64,000 nucleotides of DNA from a virus (lineage: Duplodnaviria; Caudoviricetes): positions 22,829 to 86,828 of IMG/VR virus record IMGVR_UViG_3300017989_000087. One strand, written 5' to 3'. Below, in pieces: positions 18,648-29,093 of this stretch. The position numbers and the translations under genes were made by a program. Position 1 is the first letter of the stretch; each line of letters starts with the position of its first letter. The notes under the pieces were generated by a model. The model saw nothing but the letters and a program-made list of their open reading frames with translations. It did no database searches and was not told the DNA's origin.

Positions 18648-19337
18648 CTAGTTAAAGCTTCTTAATAAATCTTTTCCCCAATAATCTCCAATAAGTCTAA
18701 TACCATAAACATATCCGTCTATCATCGTTTCCATGAACCACATTATCTTTTCTTCTTCTGTTCTCATTTCATCAACAACTGTTATGTCATGATCCTCACT
18801 AACCAAAAAATCAAACCCATCATTAGAGTCGGACATATATCCCTTCATTTTATTTGTGCTTGATAATTTTGTTAGATAATTATTCATACCAGTATTTATC
18901 ATGTATTTTCCAATCATCTGTCTCATGTTTATATCTTTGCACGCATATGATTTTATATCAAAGAAATCATTTAATTTATTTATTTGATCACGAATATAAG
19001 ACACGGCTTCCATATCGCTCATCTCTGGAGAAACCCATGCATAATATCCTATTTCAAAACCAAACCTTTTTTCTGATCGTTTGAATAAGGGGATATTTAA
19101 ATCTAGAGGATAATTAAATGAATGCGGAGAATCCCAGAATAGATATGATGTTGAAATCATATCATTGTAATATTCTTTTTCTTGCATTTTGTTTATTACA
19201 TAAGGTTTTTCATTTGCGTCATGTCTTATAAAAACATTTGGTTTTTCATCTGATAATTCAAAATCGCTAACTGTGCAAAAATTAACATTCCTATCTTTTA
19301 TTATATCCAAAATTTCTTCGTATCTCATTTTTATCAC
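18648..19337 (-). CDS. Polysaccharide deacetylase-like protein (probably degenerate paralog of 45977..46690)
   Basis: NVFIRHD motif and N-terminus shared with 45977..46690; the metal-binding His residues appear lost (EIGYY vs EVGLH). Confidence 0.55.
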   Translation of the reverse strand: MIKMRYEEILDIIKDRNVNFCTVSDFELSDEKPNVFIRHDANEKPYVINKMQEKEYYNDMISTSYLFWDSPHSFNYPLDLNIPLFKRSEKRFGFEIGYYAWVSPEMSDMEAVSYIRDQINKLNDFFDIKSYACKDINMRQMIGKYMINTGMNNYLTKLSSTNKMKGYMSDSNDGFDFLVSEDHDITVVDEMRTEEEKIMWFMETMIDGYVYGIRLIGDYWGKDLLRSFN

Positions 19338-19382
19338 GAAACATTTTTATGTGTTGGTGTTTAAATATGTTTTGTTCCCAAC

Positions 19383-19730
19383 TCATCCTCTACTTTTTTC
19401 TTTTTTAATCATCATCATTCCTATGTCTGACATTCTGCTCATAAGAAAACTTTTTATAAAATCAACTCTTCTTTGCTGAGATTTTCTTTCGTCTTTCCAA
19501 TTCTTTTCTTCACAAAATTTCATAACTTTGTCCTGTTTGTTTATGTATACTGTGTATGTTGTTTTGCCTTCGCTGTTTCTGTCTCTAGAAATATATGGTT
19601 CATATTCGCCAATTTCTTCAATTTTTCTTTTTGCATCTTCCAAACTTGAGAATTTAAATTTCACCATAATCTCAAAGTCTTGTTTTTTTGGACACCATTT
19701 AACTCTATAAAATGGTGGATATTTGCTCAT
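19383..19730 (-). CDS. Hypothetical protein
   Basis: ORF packed tightly in the - strand operon. Confidence 0.55.
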   Translation of the reverse strand: MSKYPPFYRVKWCPKKQDFEIMVKFKFSSLEDAKRKIEEIGEYEPYISRDRNSEGKTTYTVYINKQDKVMKFCEEKNWKDERKSQQRRVDFIKSFLMSRMSDIGMMMIKKEKSRG

Positions 19731-20503
19731 TGTAACCCAACAAAATCAGATGTGTTCACACTTATTATTCTATTGTTTGTATACAAATAAACAATCGGAG
19801 CACCTGTATCAACTGGCTCCATAAATCTTTCTCTTGCATATGGTGGATAAAATAGGAACCCGCCAGTTCTTACACCGTATATAGTTTTTATCTTTTCTGT
19901 TCCATCGTCAACAATTAGCTTGTGATATGGTTCGGAATTTATCTGGTGTATATGTCCTATCATTATCAGATCAGAACTTGGATAATAATTTACTGCCTTT
20001 CTAAGTTGATAATCACCTCTCTGTGAACTTCCGCTACCATGTGCAACAAGACATCTGTATGTAAACTTTCCAACATCAATATCAAGATATGATGGATTTG
20101 GATGTATAAACATGGCGTTTAGCTTATCACACAAAATCTTTGTAGGACAAAAGCTGGTTCTTACCCATATTCTCTTTTCATGGTTTCCCATAACGCCACC
20201 AATTATCTTTCTTTTAAGAGGTTTCAATAGCTCATATATTTCATCCATCTGCTCAGATGGAGAAATTTCTTGGCCCCACATAACACCAGCATTTGTCATA
20301 TGTGAAGGTATGTCCGTTTCAGCCATATCTCCCATCAAAATAACTCTCGCATCATCGTGGTCATCAATCCAATCAAGATATTTGTAAAACTTTTTATAGT
20401 CGCAAGACTCTTGACCAAAATGAACATCCCCAAGCGGGATTAGCGGAAACTTATCCGAATTTGTTCTCATTTTGTACTTATATATTTGTCTTTCATTTCT
20501 CAT
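19727..20503 (-). CDS. Calcineurin-like metallophosphoesterase
   Basis: GDVH, MGD, GNHE, AHG, GHIH motifs. Confidence 0.85.
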   Translation of the reverse strand: MRNERQIYKYKMRTNSDKFPLIPLGDVHFGQESCDYKKFYKYLDWIDDHDDARVILMGDMAETDIPSHMTNAGVMWGQEISPSEQMDEIYELLKPLKRKIIGGVMGNHEKRIWVRTSFCPTKILCDKLNAMFIHPNPSYLDIDVGKFTYRCLVAHGSGSSQRGDYQLRKAVNYYPSSDLIMIGHIHQINSEPYHKLIVDDGTEKIKTIYGVRTGGFLFYPPYARERFMEPVDTGAPIVYLYTNNRIISVNTSDFVGLQ

Positions 20504-20507
20504 AATA

Positions 20508-21056
20508 TCATCTCCTATCCTCTATTATTGTATTCAGGGTTCTTAAATGTTCCTGTACAGTTTCCTCTTTGCTTGGATCATATAAAGAAGCCATTGGATG
20601 GTACATAGTAAATACAGGTATCCCCATGTATTTAGTTACTTTTCCTCTTGTTCCATTCAATGCAAACATAGCTATTCTTCCAAGAGGAACGATTATCTTT
20701 GGCTTTACAATTTTTATTTCTTTTTCCAACCATCCACTACACTTTAGTCTTTCATCCTTTCTGGGAGGTCTATTAGAAGGCGGTCTACACTTAACGGCGT
20801 TGGTGACATAATAATCGTCTTCTGTTATTCCAAGTTTCTTTGTCCATCTTTCAAAAATCTTTCCTGCTACACCAACAAAAGGCTTTCCACTCTTGGCTTC
20901 TTGTCTGCCCGGTGCTTCACCAACAAACATAATCAATGGCTTGTTTGTGTTTCCTCTACCAGCAACAGGTTCGGTTCCTTTTCTCAATTTGCATCCATTG
21001 CACATGCTCAGTTCCGTTTTGAAATCAGATATATTGTACGTCATGTGTCTCATCAC
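20508..21056 (-). CDS. udg: Uracil-DNA glycosylase, family 4 (Fe-S)
   Basis: CNGC, GEAPGRQE, FVGVAG, NAVKCRPP, C...LE, YHP. Confidence 0.92.
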   Translation of the reverse strand: MMRHMTYNISDFKTELSMCNGCKLRKGTEPVAGRGNTNKPLIMFVGEAPGRQEAKSGKPFVGVAGKIFERWTKKLGITEDDYYVTNAVKCRPPSNRPPRKDERLKCSGWLEKEIKIVKPKIIVPLGRIAMFALNGTRGKVTKYMGIPVFTMYHPMASLYDPSKEETVQEHLRTLNTIIEDRR

Positions 21057-21297
21057 TCCTTATTTGTTCAATTATTTCTTCTCTAACAGATTTGTCATAG
21101 TCCTCTTTTAGCTCAACCAATCTTTCTTCTACCTCTTGCAAGGCAACAATTGATTCGGCTATTTCGTCCAAGTCATCTTCTTCCAGTTCAATGTATTGAG
21201 TCAATATCTCCATTATATTACTCATCACATTTGTGTGCATTTTCATATATCCAAGAACAATACTTCCAATGTCGTCTACTTTAATTTCTTCATTCAT
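21025..21297 (-). CDS. Hypothetical acidic coiled-coil protein
   Basis: ORF overlaps both neighbours in the operon. Confidence 0.5.
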   Translation of the reverse strand: MNEEIKVDDIGSIVLGYMKMHTNVMSNIMEILTQYIELEEDDLDEIAESIVALQEVEERLVELKEDYDKSVREEIIEQIRSDETHDVQYI

Positions 21298-22135
21298 TCA
21301 ATTCATCTCCATAACACATTTTCGAATACTGACACATCATGCAAAAGTTGCTTGATTTAATAGGGAAAAAATCTAAATCGTATGTGCCTTCCTTTATATA
21401 TGCTCTTTCCAAAGTTTTTCTTATATCTTTTATAACATCAAACAATGCAGTTATAGTTCTTTTGTTTACTTTTTCAAACATTATTCCATCCTCATACCTT
21501 TCGTTTCCTGCGCAGAAAGCACCGATATGTTCAATTGGTTTGGATACAATATCGGTTCCATCTACTAACAATTTATAAACAGCCAATTCTCTTCTAAGTT
21601 TTGATTTTCTCCAGTTGCTCATTCGTCCAGATTTATACTCAACCACAGCTTTATCTTCACTATCATCATCATATATATATTCTATCGAATCAATTGTTCC
21701 AGCTAAACCAAGGTCAGGTCTTTTTATTTTTATCTCTCTATTTGATGGAAACCATTTTTTTGTATTATTTTGAAACGCATAAAATCTATCCTTTTGAAAC
21801 AATGAGAATCTTTTCAAGAGTTCTTCTGTTTCTGGTTTCATAACAAGATTTTTTCTAAAGTAATAAATCAAATTATTTTCAAATTCGGATTTTTCCTTGG
21901 CAACATCTATATCAACTCTGTCAAAAAAATTATAACATTCATCATGGAAACTTGTACCAGCACTAGTAATAAGTTGCCCACTAGGATCACCCTCAATTTC
22001 CATCAACGAATATAAACCACATCTTTTACATGTTGTCCAAGAATGTATGTGGGATTTGTGTAGAAGGAAATCACTTATTCCTTTTTTTCCTAAGTATGGA
22101 GTTTTCTTTGTCAATTCCTTGTTCCTCTTCAACAA
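21290..22135 (-). CDS. PD-(D/E)XK Cas4/RecB-like exonuclease
   Basis: N-terminal C, GTSFH, LAGTIDSI...VVEYKSG, C-terminal CMMCQYSKMC. Start codon uncertain. Confidence 0.8.
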   Translation of the reverse strand: MLKRNKELTKKTPYLGKKGISDFLLHKSHIHSWTTCKRCGLYSLMEIEGDPSGQLITSAGTSFHDECYNFFDRVDIDVAKEKSEFENNLIYYFRKNLVMKPETEELLKRFSLFQKDRFYAFQNNTKKWFPSNREIKIKRPDLGLAGTIDSIEYIYDDDSEDKAVVEYKSGRMSNWRKSKLRRELAVYKLLVDGTDIVSKPIEHIGAFCAGNERYEDGIMFEKVNKRTITALFDVIKDIRKTLERAYIKEGTYDLDFFPIKSSNFCMMCQYSKMCYGDELNE

Positions 22136-22445
22136 GTTTTATAAACATCTTTAACCATGCTTTAAATTTCTTTTCTTCACACGGAATTTTAATTGGCCCA
22201 TTTGAGAACGAACGAATTTCAATATTGTTTTTTATTTTCGCCAAATAAATTCCGTGATCTACAATGCTTTTTTCTTTATTCATTTTATATGCCATTATCA
22301 GCATTTTTACAAAAACTGCCCACTTGTTTTTCAATATATCTATTGTAGAATCTTCTTCTTTGTCATAAAGTTTGACTACACCGCCTACAATAGAAACCCT
22401 AGTATTAAATATTTCAAACCCAACTCCGTCAAACGAATTCTGCAA
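22071..22445 (-). CDS. Hypothetical protein
   Basis: ORF between polB and the nuclease. Confidence 0.5.
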   Translation of the reverse strand: MQNSFDGVGFEIFNTRVSIVGGVVKLYDKEEDSTIDILKNKWAVFVKMLIMAYKMNKEKSIVDHGIYLAKIKNNIEIRSFSNGPIKIPCEEKKFKAWLKMFIKLVEEEQGIDKENSILRKKRNK

Positions 22446-24819
22446 GAGAAACCTGTCTCCTTTTCCACATTACATCTTTAAATTTTCTATCTATTATGTC
22501 AAGAAGCGGTTGGACTTTTCTTATTATTATCTTATTCCACATCTTATCATAATCAACCACAATATTATCGGGAAGATTTGTGTCTTCGTCAAACGATATA
22601 ACATCCGTAGGCTCATATCCTTCAGGCATTCTTTTGACATATACCATCCTAGGTTTTGAACCCGACTTAAAGTTTGCTCCAAAATGTTTGTTTGCATATT
22701 TAGCACCTCTTACGTTCGCAGGAACTCCTATCTTACCGCCAGTTACATCCAATCCACCATATTCTTCTGGGTCTTTGGTCATACCTTTTGGTATAGCTAT
22801 ATTTATTAAGTCAACCTTTTTAAATCTTGCCTTTGTCATAAGCAATAACTCTCTTATCTCATCTTCTGGATCTTCTGATTTAAGCATAATATTCATAATT
22901 TCTTTCTGAACATCAATGGATATTGGTGCTGTATCAGATCTTTTAACTTCAAATCCAGTAACATCCAACTTATCTGTGTGTTGACCTCCATCCCATATCT
23001 TTATCCCCGCATACCTTTTCTTAACATTTCCAAATAAGATTCTACTGTATAACTTTTCAAATTCGATATCAATAGAAGCACCCAACTTTTTCATAACCTC
23101 ATGTGTTAATTTTCTTTCCAGTTCTCTTCCACGAATAAATGCCTCATCTGTGTCTCCTTCTATAACAACAAAAACAGAATCTGTATCTCCGTATAGAACA
23201 TTGTATCCCCATTTTTCTAGTAAGTTGACAGTTGATTTAACATATTCCTGCCCCATTATTGTAACACACTCAGCAACGATTCGATTATATAATCTAAATG
23301 CAGGATATCCCATTACACCATAAAAAGCATTTATGAGATATTTTGTTGCTTTTTGTTTTGTGTCCAATCTTTTATATTCAGATGAGTCTGGACTATGATT
23401 AATCATCTCCGACTTTAAGTCTGCTCTTCTCTTTTGTAACTCAGTAACACAGTCGGGTAGTATTCCAACAGGTTTCTTTTTAAAATGCCACTTACCAATC
23501 TTATAAGCATCTTCTATTTCATCGGTTAATGTTTCAGGAGATATATTATAGTTTATGAAAATGTTTGGATATAGACTTGAGAAATCCAGAACTATTACAT
23601 TTTCCCATATACCACTTTTGGGATACATGACATATGCACCAAGATAAGAATTTGAATCGCCTCTCTTTCCTCCTTTTGGAAGAACAACCCCCATGTCTTT
23701 TGCTTTTCTAAGCATCTTTATATCTATTAATCTTTTGGATGAAAGAACATCGTCATATCCAGCACCCAAGGAATTTTTCAATTCAGTATAGTGGGCAATC
23801 AATCCCCATTTTTCATCTATTCTGTACAAGAATTCTACATCAGAAACATTTCTTTTTATTACCTCATTGGGGTCTGTTTTCCAAACTTCATGAAAATCAT
23901 CTATGCTGACCTTAGATTCGCCAAGGTCTTTTTGTGCAATTGCCTGTAATGCATATGAGGGAAATGCCTTGGCAAAAAACTTCTTATAACAAGAAAGCAT
24001 ATCCAAAATAGTTATCCCTTTTATTCTACAATTGACACCTCTATACCCAACATTTTTTCTTGAAACATCTGTCCATCCCAAAGGAGATAATTTGTTTTTA
24101 TCCAATTTATTTTTTGTCAATCTTCTTACGATATATGGTATATCGAATCCAGTTATATACCATCCTGTTAACATATCTGGCTTTATAGTTTGTATTTTAG
24201 CCATAAAAGCTTTTAGCATCTCCCTCTCAGACTCATACATTTCAAGATTTCCAGTATATTCTATCTTGTCAAGACTGTCGTGGTGTGTTAGAGTTATCAT
24301 TTCCTTTGAATAAGAATCATAAATTGATATGCAAATAATGGGGTATTCAGCACCAAATGGATCTGGCGATTCTGTTTTGGGCATATCAACTTCGATATCC
24401 AAATAGAATATCTTCGGTGGAGTTGGGTTTGCTTTTACAGGTTTTACCATCTCATTATCTTCGTCCCATTCAAACGTAGAAAATAATCCCTTATCAATCA
24501 TATATCTCTTGACAAAGAAAACATCCGATTCCCACGTTTTTGAAAATACCTTTCTCTTTGAAACCACATCTTTTGGTCTAGTTGTGTTTACCTTTATAAC
24601 ATCTTCGCCAAATATACCTTTTCCTTTTATCATTGTTTTTCTTATATCTGACATACCAGATACTTTGTATTCTTCATTTTTCTTTATCCAAAAGTATGGT
24701 TCAAATCCTTTTACAATAAACCTTTTCAGCGATTTATCTTCATCTCTGGCAAAGATCCAAATGTCTGGTTTTCCTCTACCAACGTATTCAATATTTTGCA
24801 ACGTGTATACCATAATCAA
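22429..24819 (-). CDS. polB: Family B DNA polymerase with 3'-5' exonuclease
   Basis: DIEVD, LDFSSLYPNI, KYLINAFYG, YGDTDS, KKRY. Confidence 0.97.
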   Translation of the reverse strand: MIMVYTLQNIEYVGRGKPDIWIFARDEDKSLKRFIVKGFEPYFWIKKNEEYKVSGMSDIRKTMIKGKGIFGEDVIKVNTTRPKDVVSKRKVFSKTWESDVFFVKRYMIDKGLFSTFEWDEDNEMVKPVKANPTPPKIFYLDIEVDMPKTESPDPFGAEYPIICISIYDSYSKEMITLTHHDSLDKIEYTGNLEMYESEREMLKAFMAKIQTIKPDMLTGWYITGFDIPYIVRRLTKNKLDKNKLSPLGWTDVSRKNVGYRGVNCRIKGITILDMLSCYKKFFAKAFPSYALQAIAQKDLGESKVSIDDFHEVWKTDPNEVIKRNVSDVEFLYRIDEKWGLIAHYTELKNSLGAGYDDVLSSKRLIDIKMLRKAKDMGVVLPKGGKRGDSNSYLGAYVMYPKSGIWENVIVLDFSSLYPNIFINYNISPETLTDEIEDAYKIGKWHFKKKPVGILPDCVTELQKRRADLKSEMINHSPDSSEYKRLDTKQKATKYLINAFYGVMGYPAFRLYNRIVAECVTIMGQEYVKSTVNLLEKWGYNVLYGDTDSVFVVIEGDTDEAFIRGRELERKLTHEVMKKLGASIDIEFEKLYSRILFGNVKKRYAGIKIWDGGQHTDKLDVTGFEVKRSDTAPISIDVQKEIMNIMLKSEDPEDEIRELLLMTKARFKKVDLINIAIPKGMTKDPEEYGGLDVTGGKIGVPANVRGAKYANKHFGANFKSGSKPRMVYVKRMPEGYEPTDVISFDEDTNLPDNIVVDYDKMWNKIIIRKVQPLLDIIDRKFKDVMWKRRQVSLAEFV

Positions 24820-25016
24820 TCATCACCGTAAACAATTTCGCCAGCAGCATCATATACGTAGATGTCTTCCCTTATTAATGTTTTCAAAGCTTCTTTCCAA
24901 GATTTTGCTGTCACATAAATAAATTTTGCCCTGTCTGCTTTTCTGTCAATTTCAACATTATCATCATTATACCTGTACTTAGCAAAACAAATTTCATACG
25001 TTTCCATGATAAACAC
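24816..25016 (-). CDS. Hypothetical protein
   Basis: GGTGT RBS; abuts nrdD and polB. Confidence 0.45.
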   Translation of the reverse strand: MFIMETYEICFAKYRYNDDNVEIDRKADRAKFIYVTAKSWKEALKTLIREDIYVYDAAGEIVYGDD

Positions 25017-28000
25017 CTAATCAAAATCGAATGTTTTTCTTTCTTCAAACTCTTTTGTTTTTCCTTCATTCCATTGGGATACTGGTCTGAGATATCCAAC
25101 TACACGAGAATATACCTCACATCTCTCGCCACACATTGGACATTCGCTGAATTGACCAGAAAGATATCCGTGGTTTGGACAAGCCGAGAAGGTTGGTGTT
25201 ATAGTGAAGTATGGCATCTTAAATGAATTAGTTATCTTTCCAACCATGTTTTTTAGAGAATCTACATTTGGGTGCTCATCTTGAAGGAATATATGGAATA
25301 CTGTTCCACCAGTATATTTTGATTGGATATCATCTTGCAGGGTCATGGCCTTGAATAAGTTGTTTGTATAATTAACTGGTAATTGTGTCGAATTGGTGTA
25401 GTATGGAACTTCATCAGTTCCAGCGGTAATGATATCCGGGTATTTATGCTTATCTATTCTCGCCAATCTATATGAACATCCTTCTGCTGGTGTTGCTTCA
25501 AGATTAAACAAATGACCTGTTTCCTCTTGATAATCTATCATCCTTTCATTCATATGATCTAATACATTCAACGTAAAATCAACCCCATCTTTCATAAACA
25601 TATTTGAATCCATGAAATTTTCAAGGCACTCATTCATCCCAACCAAACCAATGGTTGAAAAATGATTGGCCCAATATTTCCCATGTCTTGATTTTACATC
25701 TCTAAGAAATATAGAAGAATATGGATATAACCCATTCTCAGAATAATTCTCTATTATATTTCTTTTTATTATTAATGCATTTTTTGCAAGATCCATTAAC
25801 GAATCTAATCTCTCATAGAAATCAGAATCGTCCTTGGATACATACCCAAGTTTTGGCATATTGATTGTAACAACACCTATGCTACCTGTCAATGGGTTAG
25901 CACCAAAAAGACCCCCGCCTCTCTTAATCAATTCTTTTTTATTTAGGCGCAGCCGACAACACATTGATCTAACATCATCTGGACTCATATCCGAATTAAC
26001 AAAATTAGAAAAATATGGTATGCCATATTTAGATGTCATTTCCCATAGAGGATAATAATTTTCATTGTCCCAATCGAAATCTTTTGTTATGTTTAGAGTT
26101 GGGATCGGAAATGAAAACGGATTTCCTCTTCCATCGCCCTCATTCATAACTTCACCAAAAGCACGATTAAACATATCGGCTTCATCAGCAAAATCACCAT
26201 AGGTATCTTCCATATATTCCCCGCCTATGATAACTGGTTCATTTTCCATATAACTTGGTGTTTTTAAACTTAGAGTAAAATTTTCAAATGGTGATTGAAA
26301 CCCGGTTCTAGTGGGGACATTGAGATTGAAAACAAATTCTTGCATTGCTTGTTTTAGTTCATCATAGCTTATATTATCATAACTAATAAATGGTGCAAGA
26401 TACGCATCAACATCAGAAAAAGCCTGTGCTCCAGCGGATTCTCCTTGGAGGGTGTAAAGGAAGTTAACAACTTGGCCCATAGCGACCTTTAGATGTTTGG
26501 GCGGTTTACAATTTACTTTTCCCGAAACTCCATTAAATCCATGATCCAAAAGATCTCTCATATCCCATCCGACACAGTTGCCAGATATAACAACCTTTCC
26601 ATTTCTTTCAACAATTAATGTTCCGTTTGGAACAGATAGATCATATACTATACCATTGTATTTTACTATTTTTTTCTCTTTTCTGAATATTGGTGTTAGT
26701 TGTGAGTTTTGAACATACACCACATATACATTTTCTCTTTTGCCTATGGTTCCGCACTTACCAATCTTTAATAAACACTCAACAACATCTTCTGCCAATC
26801 TTTTTGAGGCAGTAGTGTATTTTGTCATATTTCCATCTTTGAAAGAACCATCGCCTTTAAATAAAGCCATAAGAAATATTCTAATTTTTTCACTAGTCAT
26901 ATTTTTTATGTTATCGGGTATATATTTTGTCTTGCTTATTCCAAATTTTTTGAGATAATGATAAACTTCTTTTGAACAAAATTGAATATTATATTCTCCA
27001 CAACTAGGAGAAAACCCCATATCCCTTACAATATCTATTACCTCATTTCTATATTTCATCTGAGCAATAGATATTATATAATCAGAAGAAGTTCTATCTT
27101 TTCTATTATTTTTCCATGCAGATCCTTCTGATATCCACCAACCCATAAACTTTAAATATAAGTCGGTTGGGATTCGGACATGTCTTAATCTATTTCCCCC
27201 ATTAATTTTTGGAAATGAAAACATAGGATCTGGTTCATTTCCACTCCAATTTACCCGCTTCAAAAATTCTGAGGATTTATCTAATTTTTCTGCAGTTGTG
27301 AATTCCCAATTGTTAGACGATTTTCGTTTAACAAACATCCTATGTTCAGGCGTAACAAGTAAATCTATTCCTCTTCCATCTATATGATATAAACTGCCAT
27401 CATATTTATATACTTGTTTATCATATGGTTTTTGATATTCCATGTTTCCGTTGTCTGTATTATATGTTGCTACTTTGTCATTTAATGTCACATCTGAAAA
27501 AGGTTTAAATCCATCTATGCAAAGAACTCTGGTTTTGTCATCAAAACAATAAGCTCCTAGTGTCCCGAGATCATGTATATGTATATTACCATCATGATTT
27601 GATTTTCTTATATCATCTGGATATATCTCTTCAAGCCAATAATTTGATACTACTCTTGATGAAAGATAGTTATTCAACCCCTGAAGTGAATATGTCATAT
27701 TTGAATTTTCTTTTACTCTCCAATCTTCCTTATTTATATAATCTTGAACTATTTCTGTATCATGAACAAGTTTTGATATATTTCTTGCCTTGGAATGTTG
27801 TTCTCTATAGAGTATATACTTTTTTGCGGTTCTATAAAAACCAACTCTCATCAATGAAGTTTCAACCCTGTCCTGTATTTCTTCAACCGTTGGTGCATGA
27901 TCCAACCGTTCTAGTTGTTGCGTAACATTATTCCCTATTCTTTTTGCATCGTCATGTTCTCCTTCACCAGTTGTTAAAAAGGCTTTATTCAATGCCGATA

Positions 28001-28076
28001 TTATTTTTTCCTTATCAAATTTTTGGAGACTACCATCTCTTTTTCTTATTCGTTTAAGCATAAAATCACTACTCAC
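25017..28076 (-). CDS. nrdD: Anaerobic (class III) ribonucleoside-triphosphate reductase with ATP cone and intein
   Basis: ATP cone (IRKRDG...FDKEKI), HIHDL, SMCCRL, NLEATPAEG, zinc finger, YSRVVGYLRP glycyl-radical motif. Confidence 0.95.
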   Translation of the reverse strand: MSSDFMLKRIRKRDGSLQKFDKEKIISALNKAFLTTGEGEHDDAKRIGNNVTQQLERLDHAPTVEEIQDRVETSLMRVGFYRTAKKYILYREQHSKARNISKLVHDTEIVQDYINKEDWRVKENSNMTYSLQGLNNYLSSRVVSNYWLEEIYPDDIRKSNHDGNIHIHDLGTLGAYCFDDKTRVLCIDGFKPFSDVTLNDKVATYNTDNGNMEYQKPYDKQVYKYDGSLYHIDGRGIDLLVTPEHRMFVKRKSSNNWEFTTAEKLDKSSEFLKRVNWSGNEPDPMFSFPKINGGNRLRHVRIPTDLYLKFMGWWISEGSAWKNNRKDRTSSDYIISIAQMKYRNEVIDIVRDMGFSPSCGEYNIQFCSKEVYHYLKKFGISKTKYIPDNIKNMTSEKIRIFLMALFKGDGSFKDGNMTKYTTASKRLAEDVVECLLKIGKCGTIGKRENVYVVYVQNSQLTPIFRKEKKIVKYNGIVYDLSVPNGTLIVERNGKVVISGNCVGWDMRDLLDHGFNGVSGKVNCKPPKHLKVAMGQVVNFLYTLQGESAGAQAFSDVDAYLAPFISYDNISYDELKQAMQEFVFNLNVPTRTGFQSPFENFTLSLKTPSYMENEPVIIGGEYMEDTYGDFADEADMFNRAFGEVMNEGDGRGNPFSFPIPTLNITKDFDWDNENYYPLWEMTSKYGIPYFSNFVNSDMSPDDVRSMCCRLRLNKKELIKRGGGLFGANPLTGSIGVVTINMPKLGYVSKDDSDFYERLDSLMDLAKNALIIKRNIIENYSENGLYPYSSIFLRDVKSRHGKYWANHFSTIGLVGMNECLENFMDSNMFMKDGVDFTLNVLDHMNERMIDYQEETGHLFNLEATPAEGCSYRLARIDKHKYPDIITAGTDEVPYYTNSTQLPVNYTNNLFKAMTLQDDIQSKYTGGTVFHIFLQDEHPNVDSLKNMVGKITNSFKMPYFTITPTFSACPNHGYLSGQFSECPMCGERCEVYSRVVGYLRPVSQWNEGKTKEFEERKTFDFD
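26577..27548 (-). mobile_element. Intein (324 aa) with LAGLIDADG-type homing endonuclease in nrdD
   Basis: Begins CFDDKT after GAY, contains VTPEH, GWWISEG and LFKGDG blocks, ends VYDLSV...VISGN before the +1 Cys (CVGW). Confidence 0.9.
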
Positions 28077-28296
28077 ACTTAGTTGGATGAGATATAAAAA
28101 ACTTTCCCTAACCCTTTTTTAACCCTTCAATAAAGAAGGATGCCAACACTAACCAAGGCCAACATGGATACGCAAATATGTAACTATATTTGATCCAAAA
28201 CAATCTTAATTTTCTATAAACTAGAGAGGTCCAATAGATGTCTTTGTATAGTTTATACTTCTTTTTCAACTTTCTTTTTAGTTTCAACAAAACACC

Positions 28297-28524
28297 TTAA
28301 TTAAAACTGGCATCCTGTGAAGATCCATCATACGTTGAATAATTATTTAACCAAGTGGCTATATCTTCTCTAAAATTCTCTGCATTGGATTTAACGGATG
28401 ATATATCATCTTCCTCAATGCCACTAACAGCATCAGTATTTCCCTTTGCATAATGGATCATCTGTGCCAGTATTTGTTCCAGTTTAACAAGATCAGATTT
28501 TGAGAATGCTATTGATACAGTCAT
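28297..28524 (-). CDS. Hypothetical protein
   Basis: GGTGTGA RBS; upstream ATTTTTAA box. Confidence 0.5.
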   Translation of the reverse strand: MTVSIAFSKSDLVKLEQILAQMIHYAKGNTDAVSGIEEDDISSVKSNAENFREDIATWLNNYSTYDGSSQDASFN

Positions 28525-28571
28525 TGTTTATCACACCATACTTAGTATTTTGTTACTTAAAAATATTCCCT

Positions 28572-28781
28572 TTATATTGTGGGCGGGGTTATGTTACCGC
28601 ATCTGGTGCAATATTCTTCTAGCATAGCTGTTTTTTCATTTAATCTATAATTGTATCTACATCCGGTGTGATAATCTGGATCGTGCATACAACAATAATC
28701 GAATCTATCATGCACCATTCTTTTACATCTTTTCTCATCGTGTGTTTCAGCATCTATTTCTTTATGTTTGCATCTATTCAT
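28572..28781 (-). CDS. Small Cys-rich hypothetical protein
   Basis: C-terminal CTRCG; ATG overlaps the upstream stop. Confidence 0.45.
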   Translation of the reverse strand: MNRCKHKEIDAETHDEKRCKRMVHDRFDYCCMHDPDYHTGCRYNYRLNEKTAMLEEYCTRCGNITPPTI

Positions 28782-29080
28782 TATTCTTCCTCCATTTCAT
28801 ATATCCACCATCTCTCTTCTGGCTTTCCAAAAAATTTTTCGTTTAACTCTTCCATCTTTCTCAGAGTTTCTGCATCAATCTCTTCATCGACTACCGAATC
28901 CAAATCATCATCGGGTGATATATCTCCTGACCATTCGCATTCGTCACAATAACAGTCGTATATTAGATTTGATCTTTGCACACCATGAGAATCAATCCAA
29001 TAATTTTCTGGGTATCCAGAATAGCATTCAACAATATCATTCATCTTCTTACCGCAATTCGGACAAAATTTTGGCTTCAT
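28781..29080 (-). CDS. Zinc-ribbon protein
   Basis: CPNCG...CDEC; GGAGG RBS. Confidence 0.6.
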   Translation of the reverse strand: MKPKFCPNCGKKMNDIVECYSGYPENYWIDSHGVQRSNLIYDCYCDECEWSGDISPDDDLDSVVDEEIDAETLRKMEELNEKFFGKPEERWWIYEMEEE

Positions 29081-29093
29081 TCAAAATCCTCCA

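Noticed and set aside
21290-22135. Cas4-like gene as evidence of a CRISPR-Cas system
   Set aside because: Solo nuclease beside polB and udg; no cas1/cas2 or array seen.
28108-28290. 60-aa Lys/aromatic ORF upstream of nrdD
   Set aside because: No recognisable motif and it abuts the nrdD TATA-like region; too weak to call.
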